Translations under genes and position numbers: made by a program | The notes under the pieces: generated by a model | What the model was told of the DNA's origin: nothing | The model's database searches: none | Seen by the model: the letters and a program-made list of their open reading frames with translations, nothing else | Source of the DNA: an uncultured Ignavibacteriales bacterium | GTDB lineage: Bacteria > Zixibacteria > MSB-5A5 > GN15 > FEB-12 | NCBI GenBank assembly: GCA_964627305.1 | Contig: CAZVHP010000005.1 | Coordinates: forward strand, 162,458 to 226,457 | DNA: 64,000 bases | Direction of reading: 5' to 3' | Shown here: piece by piece, positions 1 to 9,462 of the stretch | Layout: every line of letters begins with the position of its first letter | Numbering within the stretch: position 1 is the stretch's first letter

Positions 1-855
1 GGCCGCCACCACCGGTGTGCCGAAGGCCGCTATCAGAGGCGTGATCACCAGCCTGGAACCGGAGAAGGACAACTCCCCGAGCCAGGCAGGAACACCGATC
101 CGGACAATCTGCCACATCGAACCCAGAGACACCGGGATCTTGCCAACAAGCCGCAGGCGGACGTTAGTGCGATGCCCGTAGAAGAGATACAGTCCCACTA
201 TGAGCGTAATCACGAAGCTTGTCACCGAGGCGACTGCGGCACCCTGAATGCCCATCGCAGGGAGTCCGGCGTAACCGAAGATGAAAAGCGGGTCCAGCAC
301 CAGATTGAGTAGATTGGACCCGATCATCAGTAGCATCGCCATCTGCGGGTTGGCTATAGAGCGCATGCCGGTGAAAATCGAGTAGGTGGCGAACATGACG
401 GGCAGGCCAACCAGCATCGTGGAGCCATACGTCACCCCCATCTGCAGGGCCTCTCCCCCCGCACCGAGCAATGTCAGGATGTGGCGAATCGAGAGGAAAC
501 CCGCTGCACCCAATATGGCACCGAAGAACAGCTTGAGTATGATGGTTTCCTTGATCGCCTTCTCGGTGCGGTCGTATTCCTTCTCGCCATAGCGTCGGGA
601 AATGACCGCGACTGAACCGGGCCCGACAAGCGAGTTGAACGAGAACACCATCCACTGCATGGTACCGAAGAACGTAATGGCGGCGACACCGGCTTCTCCA
701 TTCTCCAGCCGCGACACCCAGAAGGTGTCCACGAAGCGGTAGATGTTTTCGCTAAGGAAACCAAACATGGAAGGAAGCCCCATCCTGATGATGGCGCTGA
801 CAACCGACCCCTGAGTGTAGTCGGTCGGGACTCTCTGTGGTGCAATATTTCTCAT
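1..855 (-). CDS. MATE family efflux transporter, N-terminal 285 codons (gene continues past the window start)
   Basis: Absent from the ORF track because there is no stop in the window. Manual minus-strand translation from the ATG at 853-855 gives MRNIAPQRVPTDYTQGSVVSAIIRMGLPSMFGFLSENIYRFVDTFWVSRLENGEAGVAAITF... and stays open to position 1. It has multiple hydrophobic helices and a MATE-like N-terminal pattern (LP..xxxxxxxxxxxVDTFxV.RL). Confidence 0.7.
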   Translation of the reverse strand, partial: MRNIAPQRVPTDYTQGSVVSAIIRMGLPSMFGFLSENIYRFVDTFWVSRLENGEAGVAAITFFGTMQWMVFSFNSLVGPGSVAVISRRYGEKEYDRTEKAIKETIILKLFFGAILGAAGFLSIRHILTLLGAGGEALQMGVTYGSTMLVGLPVMFATYSIFTGMRSIANPQMAMLLMIGSNLLNLVLDPLFIFGYAGLPAMGIQGAAVASVTSFVITLIVGLYLFYGHRTNVRLRLVGKIPVSLGSMWQIVRIGVPAWLGELSFSGSRLVITPLIAAFGTPVVAA

Positions 856-1000
856 GCAAGGTGACCGAGCCGATAAGATAAAGTGCGCCTGATGTCTTCC
901 CAAGAGCAAAAATGGTCAACAGCCGGGAGGCGTTACGATAAGCCCCTGAATGCTGAGTACTGAGTTCGTCCTGTGCGGTCTCACGCGGCCGAAATGGTGC

Positions 1001-1028
1001 GGGAAAGGAAAACGCCCCGATCGGGGCG
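1001..1028 (-). terminator. Rho-independent terminator downstream of tRNA-Tyr
   Basis: Palindrome CGCCCCGATCGGGGCG (1013-1028), followed on the minus strand by UUUUCCUUUCCC. Confidence 0.5.
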
Positions 1029-1034
1029 CGAAAA

Positions 1035-1119
1035 TGGTGGTGGGGGGAGGATTCGAACCTCCGAAGGCTTCGCCGACAGATTTACAGTCTGTTCCCTTTG
1101 GCCGCTCGGGAACCCCACC
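1035..1119 (-). tRNA. tRNA-Tyr (anticodon GTA), long variable arm, CCA encoded
   Basis: The reverse complement reads GGTGGGGTTCCCGAGCGGCCAAAGGGAACAGACTGTAAATCTGTCGGCGAAGCCTTCGGAGGTTCGAATCCTCCCCCCACCACCA. The acceptor stem is GGTGGGG/CCCCACC, the anticodon stem is ACAGA/TCTGT with loop CTGTAAA, and there is a TTCGAAT T-loop. Confidence 0.93.
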
Positions 1120-1229
1120 GATGTCTTATCTAACCATCGGCCGCTAACCAGCCGCAGTTTAGACCTCCTAGTTAATGCAATCGCCATCAAAAAGCAATGG
1201 AAAAACTTGGCTCAGAAACCGGACGAGAC

Positions 1230-2480
1230 CTATTCCACGTCCCGGTAATACCATGCCGCGACGGACTTCGACACCAACAGGAGACTCATAGCCCCCAATG
1301 TCGCCCAGGCCGCCCCGGTAAGGCCCATTCTTGGTACGAGCAGGCCGTTGCCTGCGATGGCTACAACCATAGCGACGATTCCGACACTAATGATGGCCCC
1401 GTCGCGTCGACGAACGAAAAGGGCGTAGTGCGGCACATATGACAGGCACAAGGCAACCACCGAGGCCACCATGATATTGAAGACATCCGCCTCGGCGGCG
1501 TACTCCGGACGGTCAAGCAGGCTCAGTACCGGCCGAATAAGAAAGAGCGCGGCAGCCGCGAGTACAACCGACAACCCCACGACTCCCCGCACCAGCGACC
1601 GACGGTTTCTCTGATAGTCCTCCACAGCGCGCATCTGATAACTGCTGATGAGCCTCGGGAACAGGACCTGGCAGACGCCGGTAAAGACGATTACATGTAT
1701 GACATTTGCCATTCCTGCAAAAAAGGTATACACCCCGACTGCTTCCTCGCCGTGGAAGTGCTGGAGGAAGTAGCGATCGGCATAGTTGAGCAACTGAAAC
1801 GACAGCGTGGCCATCAGAAACGGCAGCGCCGTTTTCATTCCCCTGCGAATCCAGGCAAAGTCAACGGGTTGCTTCCTGGCGGCGTCCCAGGGGAGAGTGC
1901 GCAGATGCGAGACAGCTATCGCCAGTCCGACCACCGCCCCGGCCGCCCAGCAGGTCCAGACAAAGGGCAGGTGGCGCAGATCCGGCAACACCCAGGCCGT
2001 CGCAATTACCAGCCACGCCCACATACCGCTCCGTATGAATATGACGAGATTGGCAGCGGTTGACCTGGACAGCGTCACCAGCAGTTGCACGCTCTCGTGC
2101 GAGGCATGTTCGAGCACCAGCAGCAGGTAGAACCACCCCACATACTTCCACGGTATCACCCCTCCGGCGAAGATGAGAAGCAGGGCTGGGAGAACGACAG
2201 CGTACGCACACAGATGATACACCAACTGATTACGTATCAGCGCCGGTCGTCGTTCGGGAGTCGCGGCAAGGATCTCGCGGGAATTGAAGATATGGAAATC
2301 GGAACTGAGCAGATACAGCCCTATGGCAATGGTGATGTTGATCAACCCCCAGATTCCCACCTCGGCCACCTCGAAGTGGCGCGCCAGGAATACCAGCAGC
2401 AGGAACTTGCTGAGTTGTGTAAGACCACGCAAAGTGACGTTGCAGGTGCCGGTGCGCCACATGGCTGTCTCAATCCGCAC
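1230..2480 (-). CDS. Oligosaccharide/polysaccharide flippase (MOP superfamily, Wzx-like)
   Basis: 416-aa polytopic membrane protein with about 12 hydrophobic segments. It lies directly downstream of and overlaps rfbD in a dTDP-rhamnose cluster. The family call is made from architecture and context. Confidence 0.6.
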   Translation of the reverse strand: MRIETAMWRTGTCNVTLRGLTQLSKFLLLVFLARHFEVAEVGIWGLINITIAIGLYLLSSDFHIFNSREILAATPERRPALIRNQLVYHLCAYAVVLPALLLIFAGGVIPWKYVGWFYLLLVLEHASHESVQLLVTLSRSTAANLVIFIRSGMWAWLVIATAWVLPDLRHLPFVWTCWAAGAVVGLAIAVSHLRTLPWDAARKQPVDFAWIRRGMKTALPFLMATLSFQLLNYADRYFLQHFHGEEAVGVYTFFAGMANVIHVIVFTGVCQVLFPRLISSYQMRAVEDYQRNRRSLVRGVVGLSVVLAAAALFLIRPVLSLLDRPEYAAEADVFNIMVASVVALCLSYVPHYALFVRRRDGAIISVGIVAMVVAIAGNGLLVPRMGLTGAAWATLGAMSLLLVSKSVAAWYYRDVE

Positions 2481-3369
2481 GATCCCGCCCTATGAGGAAG
2501 TCATCCAATGCGGCCTGCCATTCGTCCATAACATCGAGTCCGGCCTGCCTCAGGCGCATGTTGTCCAGGGAAGAGTATTGAGGGCGCGGTGCCGGACGGG
2601 CAAGCTGTTCGGTGCTGCAGGGCCGGACCAGCACGGCGAGGCCCTGCCTGTCGAACATGCGACAGGCCCAACCGTACCAGGTCGTCTCTCCGTGACAGGT
2701 GGCGTGAACCACGCCCGTCAGTCGCTCATCCATAACCCGTAGAGTCTGGCGCACAAGCTGTGCGGTCGAGGTAGGATTGCCAACCTGATCATCGACTACC
2801 CTGATCGGCTCAACAAGCTGACCCTGAGCCTGTGCGATGAGTTGCTGCTGCGCGAGGCGCAGCATGGTACGAACAAAGTTCCGACCCTTGGGACCATACA
2901 GCCATGCCGTGCGAATGATCAGATGATTCTCCACTCCAAGGGCAACAGCCTCTTCCCCGCACAGTTTGGATTTGCCGTAGACACCCAGAGGAGACGGCCG
3001 GTCATCCTCAGTGTAAGCAGTCCCCTTGGTGCCATCGAAGACATAGTCAGTGGAGTAATACACGAGACGCGCCCCGATCTGGCGACAGGCAGCGGCAATT
3101 GCCCGGGTACCTTCGGCATTGACCTGCCAGGCCAGGTCCGGATCAGATTCCGCCCCGTCGACATTGGTGTACGCAGCGGCGTGCAGAACAAGCGACGGGC
3201 GCACCCGCCCGATCACCTCGCCGGCGGCATCAGGCATGGTTAGATTGAAGTCAGGCAGATCAACCCCAACCACTGACCGCCCAGCCCGCGAAAGCGCCCG
3301 AACAAGCTCAGAGCCAAGCTGCCCTTCGGAACCGGTGACGAGAATCTCAGAACCCACTGTCAATCTCAT
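2470..3369 (-). CDS. rfbD: dTDP-4-dehydrorhamnose reductase
   Basis: N-terminal ILVTGSEGQLGSEL Rossmann motif, YSTDYVFDG and YGKSK catalytic region, 299 aa, adjacent to rfbA and rfbC. Confidence 0.88.
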   Translation of the reverse strand: MRLTVGSEILVTGSEGQLGSELVRALSRAGRSVVGVDLPDFNLTMPDAAGEVIGRVRPSLVLHAAAYTNVDGAESDPDLAWQVNAEGTRAIAAACRQIGARLVYYSTDYVFDGTKGTAYTEDDRPSPLGVYGKSKLCGEEAVALGVENHLIIRTAWLYGPKGRNFVRTMLRLAQQQLIAQAQGQLVEPIRVVDDQVGNPTSTAQLVRQTLRVMDERLTGVVHATCHGETTWYGWACRMFDRQGLAVLVRPCSTEQLARPAPRPQYSSLDNMRLRQAGLDVMDEWQAALDDFLIGRDRAD

Positions 3370-4249
3370 CAGTGAGGCGCGTGAGGTAGTGCCGGTAATC
3401 GTTATCGCTCATATGCTCGATCAAGCGATCAAGTTGCGCGCGGCCAATAAACCCCATCCGGTAGGCCACTTCCTCAAGACAGGCAATCTTCAGCCCCTGG
3501 CGCTTCTCAATGGTGGCAATGAACTCGCTTGCTTCCAACAGGCTTTCATGGGTGCCGGTGTCCAGCCAGGCGATCCCCCGCCCCAGTCGCACGACCCGCA
3601 GCTTGCCACGCCGAAGGTACTCGCGGTTGACATCGGTTATCTCAAGCTCTCCCCGCACGGAGGGCTTAAGCTTACGCGCAATCGACACGACCTCACTGTC
3701 GTACAGATATAGCCCCGTCACCGCGTAGTTTGACGCCGGCCGGGAAGGCTTTTCGTCGATTGAAACCACACTCCCTGAGCGGTCATAACCAATCACGCCG
3801 TATCGTTGCGGCTGGTTGACCCAGTAACCAAAGACCAGTCCCCCGTCCGAGAAATGGCGGGCTTGTCTGATGAAGTCGTAGGCGCCATAGAAGATATTGT
3901 CGCCGAGTATGAGCGCCACCGGCTCCTCGCCAACAAAGTCCGCGCCGAGAATGAATGTCTGTGCGATCCCGCCCGGATGTGGTTGTACGGCGTAGGATAT
4001 GCTAACGCCGAGCTTGCTGCCATCCCCAAGAAGCTGCTGAAAACGCGGGGTATCGTCCGGCGTCGAAATCAGCAGAATGTCGCGGATGCCCATGAGCATG
4101 AGGGTAGAGAGCGGGTAGTAGATCATCGGCTTGTCATACACCGGCAGCAACTGCTTGCACACCACCATTGTGGCCGGGTGCAGTCGCGTACCCGCCCCGC
4201 CGGCCAGAACAATGCCGCGCCTCACTGTCTGCTCTGTGGTGTCGTTCAC
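3347..4249 (-). CDS. rfbA: Glucose-1-phosphate thymidylyltransferase
   Basis: GIVLAGGAGTRLHPAT...KQLLPVYDKPMIYYPLSTLMLMGIRDILLIS is a textbook RmlA N-terminus. Length is 300 aa. Confidence 0.92.
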   Translation of the reverse strand: MNDTTEQTVRRGIVLAGGAGTRLHPATMVVCKQLLPVYDKPMIYYPLSTLMLMGIRDILLISTPDDTPRFQQLLGDGSKLGVSISYAVQPHPGGIAQTFILGADFVGEEPVALILGDNIFYGAYDFIRQARHFSDGGLVFGYWVNQPQRYGVIGYDRSGSVVSIDEKPSRPASNYAVTGLYLYDSEVVSIARKLKPSVRGELEITDVNREYLRRGKLRVVRLGRGIAWLDTGTHESLLEASEFIATIEKRQGLKIACLEEVAYRMGFIGRAQLDRLIEHMSDNDYRHYLTRLTDEIDSGF

Positions 4250-4291
4250 CGGCCCACCATCGGCGAGAAACAGTCATCCATAGCCACTACC

Positions 4292-4861
4292 TCAGACTAC
4301 ACCATAATCGAAGTTGATCTCTGCATCCTTCAGAAACGGAGCGCTGCGATCCTTGTCGGAAAGAACCACATCTTCGATCGGCCACGCAATCTGGATATCC
4401 GGATCATTCCAGCGGATGGCCCGATCGTGCTTCGGAGAGTAGTAGCGGTCTACCTTGTATATCACCTCGGTACAAGGCGACAGCGTGCACAATCCATGAG
4501 CGAAGCCGCGTGCGATGAACACCTGCGTCTGGTCTGTCTCGGTCAGTTCGATACCGATCCACTGACCAAACGTCGGGCTGCCGCGTCTGATATCGACTGC
4601 CACGTCCAGCGCCGCACCCCGAACCACGCGAACTATCTTGGCTTGCGCCATCGGCTCAAGCTGATAGTGCAACCCTCGGACAGTCGCGGCACTCGTGCTG
4701 ACCGAATGATTGTCCTGTACCGGTGTGCAGTCGATTCCGGCTTCCTGCCACTGACGGGCCGACCACGTCTCACAAAACGACCCCCGATCGTCACGCACCA
4801 GCTTCGGCCTGACTATCAGGACACCGTCCAGTTTGGTCTTTGTCACCTCAAGAGACGCCAT
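4292..4861 (-). CDS. rfbC: dTDP-4-dehydrorhamnose 3,5-epimerase
   Basis: KLDGVLIVRPKLVRDDRGSFCETW...GLHYQ...KIVRVVRGAALDVAVDIR is RmlC-like. I start the gene at the internal ATG (4859-4861, MASLEVTK), because the 40-codon upstream extension of the track ORF has no homology-like content. Confidence 0.88.
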   Translation of the reverse strand: MASLEVTKTKLDGVLIVRPKLVRDDRGSFCETWSARQWQEAGIDCTPVQDNHSVSTSAATVRGLHYQLEPMAQAKIVRVVRGAALDVAVDIRRGSPTFGQWIGIELTETDQTQVFIARGFAHGLCTLSPCTEVIYKVDRYYSPKHDRAIRWNDPDIQIAWPIEDVVLSDKDRSAPFLKDAEINFDYGVV

Positions 4862-5119
4862 GATACTATCAGCTTGCGGCCCGAACCCGGCGCCTGCATT
4901 TCGTGTGCTCCATATGGTGGAAATATATAGCCGATCCCGGGACGATGCACAATGGTAAACTTCGCGGGGGCTTCGGAGCATAAGCAGTGAGAATGGCTGG
5001 GTAATTCGCGGAGTTTGGTTGACATGCGAACGTAGATTGTTGTATCTTCGTCGCGAATGACCCGGGCGAATTGACGGTTACAACATGAACACCTGAGTCT
5101 CCGACAGGAAACCTAAGAA

Positions 5120-6799
5120 GTGACAAAACGTACCGTATCGTTTGCCGACTTCCTTCCGTTCGACCACTCTCTCTACGTTGAGCTGCGTCGGAAGACCACC
5201 ATCCGTCTGCTGATTCTCTACCTTGGGCCTGTCCTGCTGCTCAGCGTCTTCTTCTTCATTCAGTATGACTCCATACTGGGCGAGAGCAAGCGCCTGCACC
5301 TGCAGGCCATTGCCGAAAGCCAGGCCAACACCCTTGATTTGTTTCTTTCGGAACGAGTAGTCAACCTGTCGAACTTGCTGAACGATCCGTCCTACCCCAT
5401 TCCCCCGACATCAGATCAGATAGACAGCCATCTCCGACGTTTGATGCGCAGCAGCGACGCCTTTGTTGATGTCGGTTTCTTCGACAACAATGGTATCCAG
5501 ATCGCTTACGCCGGTCCGTTTCCGGATTTGGAGCAGCGCAGTTATCTGCACGAGCGATGGTATGAACGCCTCCGAGAGGGCGGGCAACGATTCATTATTA
5601 CCGACATCTATCTGGGCTTTCGGCTGCGTCCTCACTTCACCATCGCCGTCAGCCGTGTGATCGGGGACCAGTTCTACGTCCTCAGAGCGACCCTCGAGCC
5701 TCAAAAGATCTACGATTATATCCGTTCACTCCGGGAGGACCGAGAGGTCTATACTTCGATTGTGAACAAAGACGGCCTGTACCAGTTGTCAGCCCCGGCG
5801 ATCGGTTCGCCGCTGGATACGGCATCGTTTGTGCCGCCGCTGGAGCCACCGGTCGGTGTCCAGTACGCCGAGATCAACGGACGGAAATCGATCTCCGCCC
5901 ATGCCTGGCTGAACACGGTCGAATGGGCACTCATTGTACAGGAACCGCCTACTGGGGGTCTGCCGACGCTTTCGGGGTTCCGGCTGATAATGCTGGCGAT
6001 TACCATCGTTATGAGCATCATTGGCACCGTTATCATCTTCTTCCGCGCCAAGCACACAACCGAAGTACAGATGGAGTCAGACCGCACCCGCGCCCAGTTG
6101 ACCCATGCAGCCAAGCTGGCCTCAGTGGGCGAGTTGGCGGCCGGAATCGCCCACGAGATCAACAATCCCCTGGCCTCGATCAGCGAGGAAGCCGGGCTGA
6201 TTCAGGACAAATCAAACCCTGCCTTCGGCAGAGACCTGACCACAGAGGAGCTTCAGGGGCACCTGGATTCGATCCAGCAGTCGGTCTATCGCTGCCGCGA
6301 TATCACTCACAAGCTGCTGGGATTCGTTCGCAAACACGATGTCGACCTGCGCCGCCATGACATTCACAAGCTGATCGACAGTGTCATCGACGGCCTGCTC
6401 CGCAACGAGCTCGCTGTGTCCAGCATCAAGGTGGAGCGCGACTACGCTCATGGCCTGCCGGAGATCACGACCGATGGCAATCAGCTCCAGCAGGTCTTCC
6501 TGAATATCATCAAGAATGCGATGGATGCCATCGGCGGCAAGGCCGGGCGAATCTCAATTCGCACCGAGAAGGAAGCCGACAACATCCTGATCACGATATC
6601 TGATACCGGCAAAGGGATGTCGCAGCCACAACTGGCCAACATCTTCCTGCCGTTCTTCACGACCAAGGAACCCGGCAAGGGAACCGGCCTTGGGCTTTCG
6701 ATAAGCTATGGAATCGTTGAGAGTCTGGGAGGGCATGTCAGTGTGAAGAGCACTCTCGGTGAGGGCAGCAGTTTCACGATATCCCTGCCGGCGAAATAG
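5120..6799 (+). CDS. Sensor histidine kinase with two TM helices flanking a roughly 240-aa extracytoplasmic (Cache-like) domain
   Basis: H-box AAGIAHEINNPL, then an N-box (NIIKNAMDA) and G-boxes (DTGKGM, GTGLGLS). TM segments lie near residues 25-50 and 290-310. GTG start. Confidence 0.85.
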   Translation: MTKRTVSFADFLPFDHSLYVELRRKTTIRLLILYLGPVLLLSVFFFIQYDSILGESKRLHLQAIAESQANTLDLFLSERVVNLSNLLNDPSYPIPPTSDQIDSHLRRLMRSSDAFVDVGFFDNNGIQIAYAGPFPDLEQRSYLHERWYERLREGGQRFIITDIYLGFRLRPHFTIAVSRVIGDQFYVLRATLEPQKIYDYIRSLREDREVYTSIVNKDGLYQLSAPAIGSPLDTASFVPPLEPPVGVQYAEINGRKSISAHAWLNTVEWALIVQEPPTGGLPTLSGFRLIMLAITIVMSIIGTVIIFFRAKHTTEVQMESDRTRAQLTHAAKLASVGELAAGIAHEINNPLASISEEAGLIQDKSNPAFGRDLTTEELQGHLDSIQQSVYRCRDITHKLLGFVRKHDVDLRRHDIHKLIDSVIDGLLRNELAVSSIKVERDYAHGLPEITTDGNQLQQVFLNIIKNAMDAIGGKAGRISIRTEKEADNILITISDTGKGMSQPQLANIFLPFFTTKEPGKGTGLGLSISYGIVESLGGHVSVKSTLGEGSSFTISLPAK

Positions 6800-6816
6800 A
6801 CATATATGAGGACATT

Positions 6817-7392
6817 ATGACCAAAGGAAAGACCGGCAACGATATTGACAACATGATCGTGCGGGACCTGATGATTCCCCTTGAGCAATACCCAGTGATA
6901 TCAACCGAGGCAACCCTGCTTGATGCCGTCATTGCGCTGGAGGAGTCACTGGAGGCGCTGGGGCCGAATCGTCAGCCACACCGCGCCGTCCTCGTCGCCG
7001 ACAAGAACAATCGCATAGTAGGCAAGATCGGCCAGTTGACTCTGCTCAAATCTCTTGAGCCACAGGTCGACCTGGCCGGCGATGAGGAGCGTCTGGCTCG
7101 GGCCGGCGTCAGCCCCGATCTGCTGACCACTGTCAAGAAACACGCACGGGACCTGGAACTCAATCTGTCGGACATCTGCTCCCGCGCCAGTGCCATCCGG
7201 GCTAAGGATGTCATGGTGCGTACGGCGCATTCCATCGACGCAGCCTCGCCACTTGCCGACGCCGTGCATCGGCTTGTTCAATGGCAGCAGTTGTCGTTGC
7301 TGGTTTCGGAGAAATCGCAGATAGTAGGCATCATCAGGCTGTCTGACCTGTTTGAGCTTATCGTGGACAAAATTCGGGAGCAGGCGTCTTGA
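6817..7392 (+). CDS. CBS domain pair protein
   Basis: 191 aa with two CBS-like repeats (VRDLMIP...VISTEATLLDAVIAL...AVLVADKNNRIVGKI and AKDVMVRTAHSIDAASPLADAVHRL...SLLVSEKSQIVGIIRLSDL). A GAGGA RBS precedes the ATG. Confidence 0.75.
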   Translation: MTKGKTGNDIDNMIVRDLMIPLEQYPVISTEATLLDAVIALEESLEALGPNRQPHRAVLVADKNNRIVGKIGQLTLLKSLEPQVDLAGDEERLARAGVSPDLLTTVKKHARDLELNLSDICSRASAIRAKDVMVRTAHSIDAASPLADAVHRLVQWQQLSLLVSEKSQIVGIIRLSDLFELIVDKIREQAS

Positions 7393-7411
7393 GGCCGCCG
7401 GGAGTGACACC

Positions 7412-9445
7412 ATGCCAAAAATTCTGATTGTTGACGACGAGCAAACCTTCCGAAGGAATCTTGCGGACCGCCTCAGGATGCGCGACTACCCGGTGATGGA
7501 TGTCGGTACCGGTGAAGAGGCGATTCAGGCGATCAGGCAGGACCCTGAGATAGACATTGTTCTGCTGGATTTGAAGATGCCCGGTATGCGGGGCGATCAG
7601 GTACTCAGGGAGATGAAGTCTTTCCGGCCGGAGCTTCAGGTGATCATGCTGACCGGCCACGGTTCACTGGATTCCGCCATGGAGATCGGCCGACTGGATG
7701 CCTACTCGTACCTGGCCAAACCGTGTGACCTGGAAAAGCTCCTTGAAGTAGTCAACCAGGCACGTGAGGACAAGGTGCATGTGATGGCCCGTCACGAGGT
7801 CCCGCATGTGGAGCGTGGATCGCTTTGGGCCTGGCTCAAAGGGTCACATAATTCGCGTCCGGGGATTATTCTCCTCGGAGTGTTGATTCTGCTAACGATG
7901 GCGCTCATCCCCACTCCGCAGCGATTGATGACTCTGCTGTCGGCACCGAAGACGGGGGCAATAACTGACGCCAACATGGGTTTTGCCAGCTACCGGAAGA
8001 TGCCCGACGGCCAGAACATAGCCGATTACTACGCCACCAAGTACGGAATCGGTGAGACCGTGACGGGCGATGATGGCAAGAGGGTGTTTATCCCGGCCAC
8101 TCCCGAGCAGGTTGCGTTCAAGGCACGAATCATGCTGGGGCTTCTGATCGTCGCCGCCTTGTTCTGGGCCTCCGGAGCTGTGCCGGTGGGAATCACGGCA
8201 CTGTTCGTCGGTGTCATCATGTACTTTTTCGGGATACTCAAGCCGGACGAGATAGCTGCTGCCTATGCCAAGGACGCAGTCATCTTCATTTTCGGGGTGC
8301 TGGCCATAGCATTGGCAATTAGTAAGACCGGACTTGACCGGAGAATCGGATTGCTGTTGCTGGGGCCGGCCAAAACATTGCCGCGGCTGTTGTTCATCTT
8401 CCTTCCCCTGCTGGCGATGGCGTGCTCGGTAGTTTCTGAGCACGCACTCGTGGCCTTCATTATGCCGCTGTTCATGATGGTCTATATGCTGTCCATCCGG
8501 GCCGCCGGGGTCAAGCAGGATAAAGCCCTTGCGGTGATGCTGGCCCTCATACTGTGTTACACCGCCAACTCGGGCGGGCCGGGGTCTCCGGCGGCAGGTG
8601 GGCGGAATGCCATCATGATGGGGATACTGCAGGACTACAATGTTGCACCCTCGTTCGGCGAATGGGTCATGTACGGTATGCCGTTCGTGCCGGTAATGGC
8701 CATTGTGGTCGGACTGTATTTCTATCTTGCCCTTGGTCGGAAGATCAAGGTGAAGAACCTCAATGTCTCCGCGATTGTCAAACAGGCCTCTGAGAAGATC
8801 GGCCCAATGACCCGCAACGAATACCTCACGGCCCTGGTGCTGGCCGGGGTGATAGCTCTGTGGATTGGCGCCAGCGACACTTTCGGTATGGGTGGACCGG
8901 TCATACTGGGGATTGTGACGCTGAATGTAATGCGTATTCTGAAGTGGCGCGATGTCGCCTCAATTCACTGGGAGGTGGTGGCTTTGTATGCCAGTGCCTC
9001 GGCGCTGGGAAAGGGTCTGGCCTCCACCGGCGCCGCGCTCTTCCTGGCCGACAGTTTCCTGTCAATTCTGCCTGATTTCTTCAGCCAGGGAACGGGGCTG
9101 GCGATGGCCGCGAGCCTGTTCACCGGGCTGGCGACCAATTTTATGAGCGATGGTGCCACAGTTTCTGCCATCGGCCCCATCACGGTACCAATGGCGACAA
9201 TTTCCGGCACGCACCCATGGATGGTTGGTTTTGCCACCGCGTTCGCATCTTCGTTCGCCCACATGCTGATTATCGGGACTCCGTCGAACGCCATCGCATA
9301 CGCAATGGCCAAAGACCAGCGAACCGGGGAACAACTGGTCACGCTGGGTGATTTCATGAAGCATGGAGCGGCGGTGCTCGTACTCTCGTTCCTCGTTCTG
9401 TGGTTCTGGCTGTTCCTTGGGTATTGGCAGTTTATCGGCTTTTGA
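7412..9445 (+). CDS. Response-regulator receiver domain fused to a DASS/SLC13-type anion:cation symporter
   Basis: The N-terminus MPKILIVDDEQ...DIVLLDLKMPGM...LTGHGS...KP is a REC domain. It is followed by about 520 aa of polytopic membrane domain carrying two DASS-type hairpin motifs (NSGGPGSPAAGGRNAIM and IIGTPSNAIAYA). The start is set at ATG 7412, preceded by GGGAG. Confidence 0.8.
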   Translation: MPKILIVDDEQTFRRNLADRLRMRDYPVMDVGTGEEAIQAIRQDPEIDIVLLDLKMPGMRGDQVLREMKSFRPELQVIMLTGHGSLDSAMEIGRLDAYSYLAKPCDLEKLLEVVNQAREDKVHVMARHEVPHVERGSLWAWLKGSHNSRPGIILLGVLILLTMALIPTPQRLMTLLSAPKTGAITDANMGFASYRKMPDGQNIADYYATKYGIGETVTGDDGKRVFIPATPEQVAFKARIMLGLLIVAALFWASGAVPVGITALFVGVIMYFFGILKPDEIAAAYAKDAVIFIFGVLAIALAISKTGLDRRIGLLLLGPAKTLPRLLFIFLPLLAMACSVVSEHALVAFIMPLFMMVYMLSIRAAGVKQDKALAVMLALILCYTANSGGPGSPAAGGRNAIMMGILQDYNVAPSFGEWVMYGMPFVPVMAIVVGLYFYLALGRKIKVKNLNVSAIVKQASEKIGPMTRNEYLTALVLAGVIALWIGASDTFGMGGPVILGIVTLNVMRILKWRDVASIHWEVVALYASASALGKGLASTGAALFLADSFLSILPDFFSQGTGLAMAASLFTGLATNFMSDGATVSAIGPITVPMATISGTHPWMVGFATAFASSFAHMLIIGTPSNAIAYAMAKDQRTGEQLVTLGDFMKHGAAVLVLSFLVLWFWLFLGYWQFIGF

Positions 9446-9462
9446 GATAAGGGATCGCAATC

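Noticed and set aside
3806-4930. 374-aa plus-strand ORF spanning rfbA and rfbC.
   Set aside because: It is antisense to two genes with textbook RmlA and RmlC motifs and crosses their intergenic gap.
4862-4981. Long N-terminal extensions of track ORFs: rfbC here, and likewise the S9 peptidase (34701-34949), YjbQ (37430-37510), ferredoxin (40669-40752), the ROK kinase (11592-11666), the GWxTD gene (19910-20101) and the methyltransferase (53080-53178).
   Set aside because: The extensions lack homology-like sequence. Several overlap upstream genes, and internal ATGs with RBS or signal peptides give products of canonical length.
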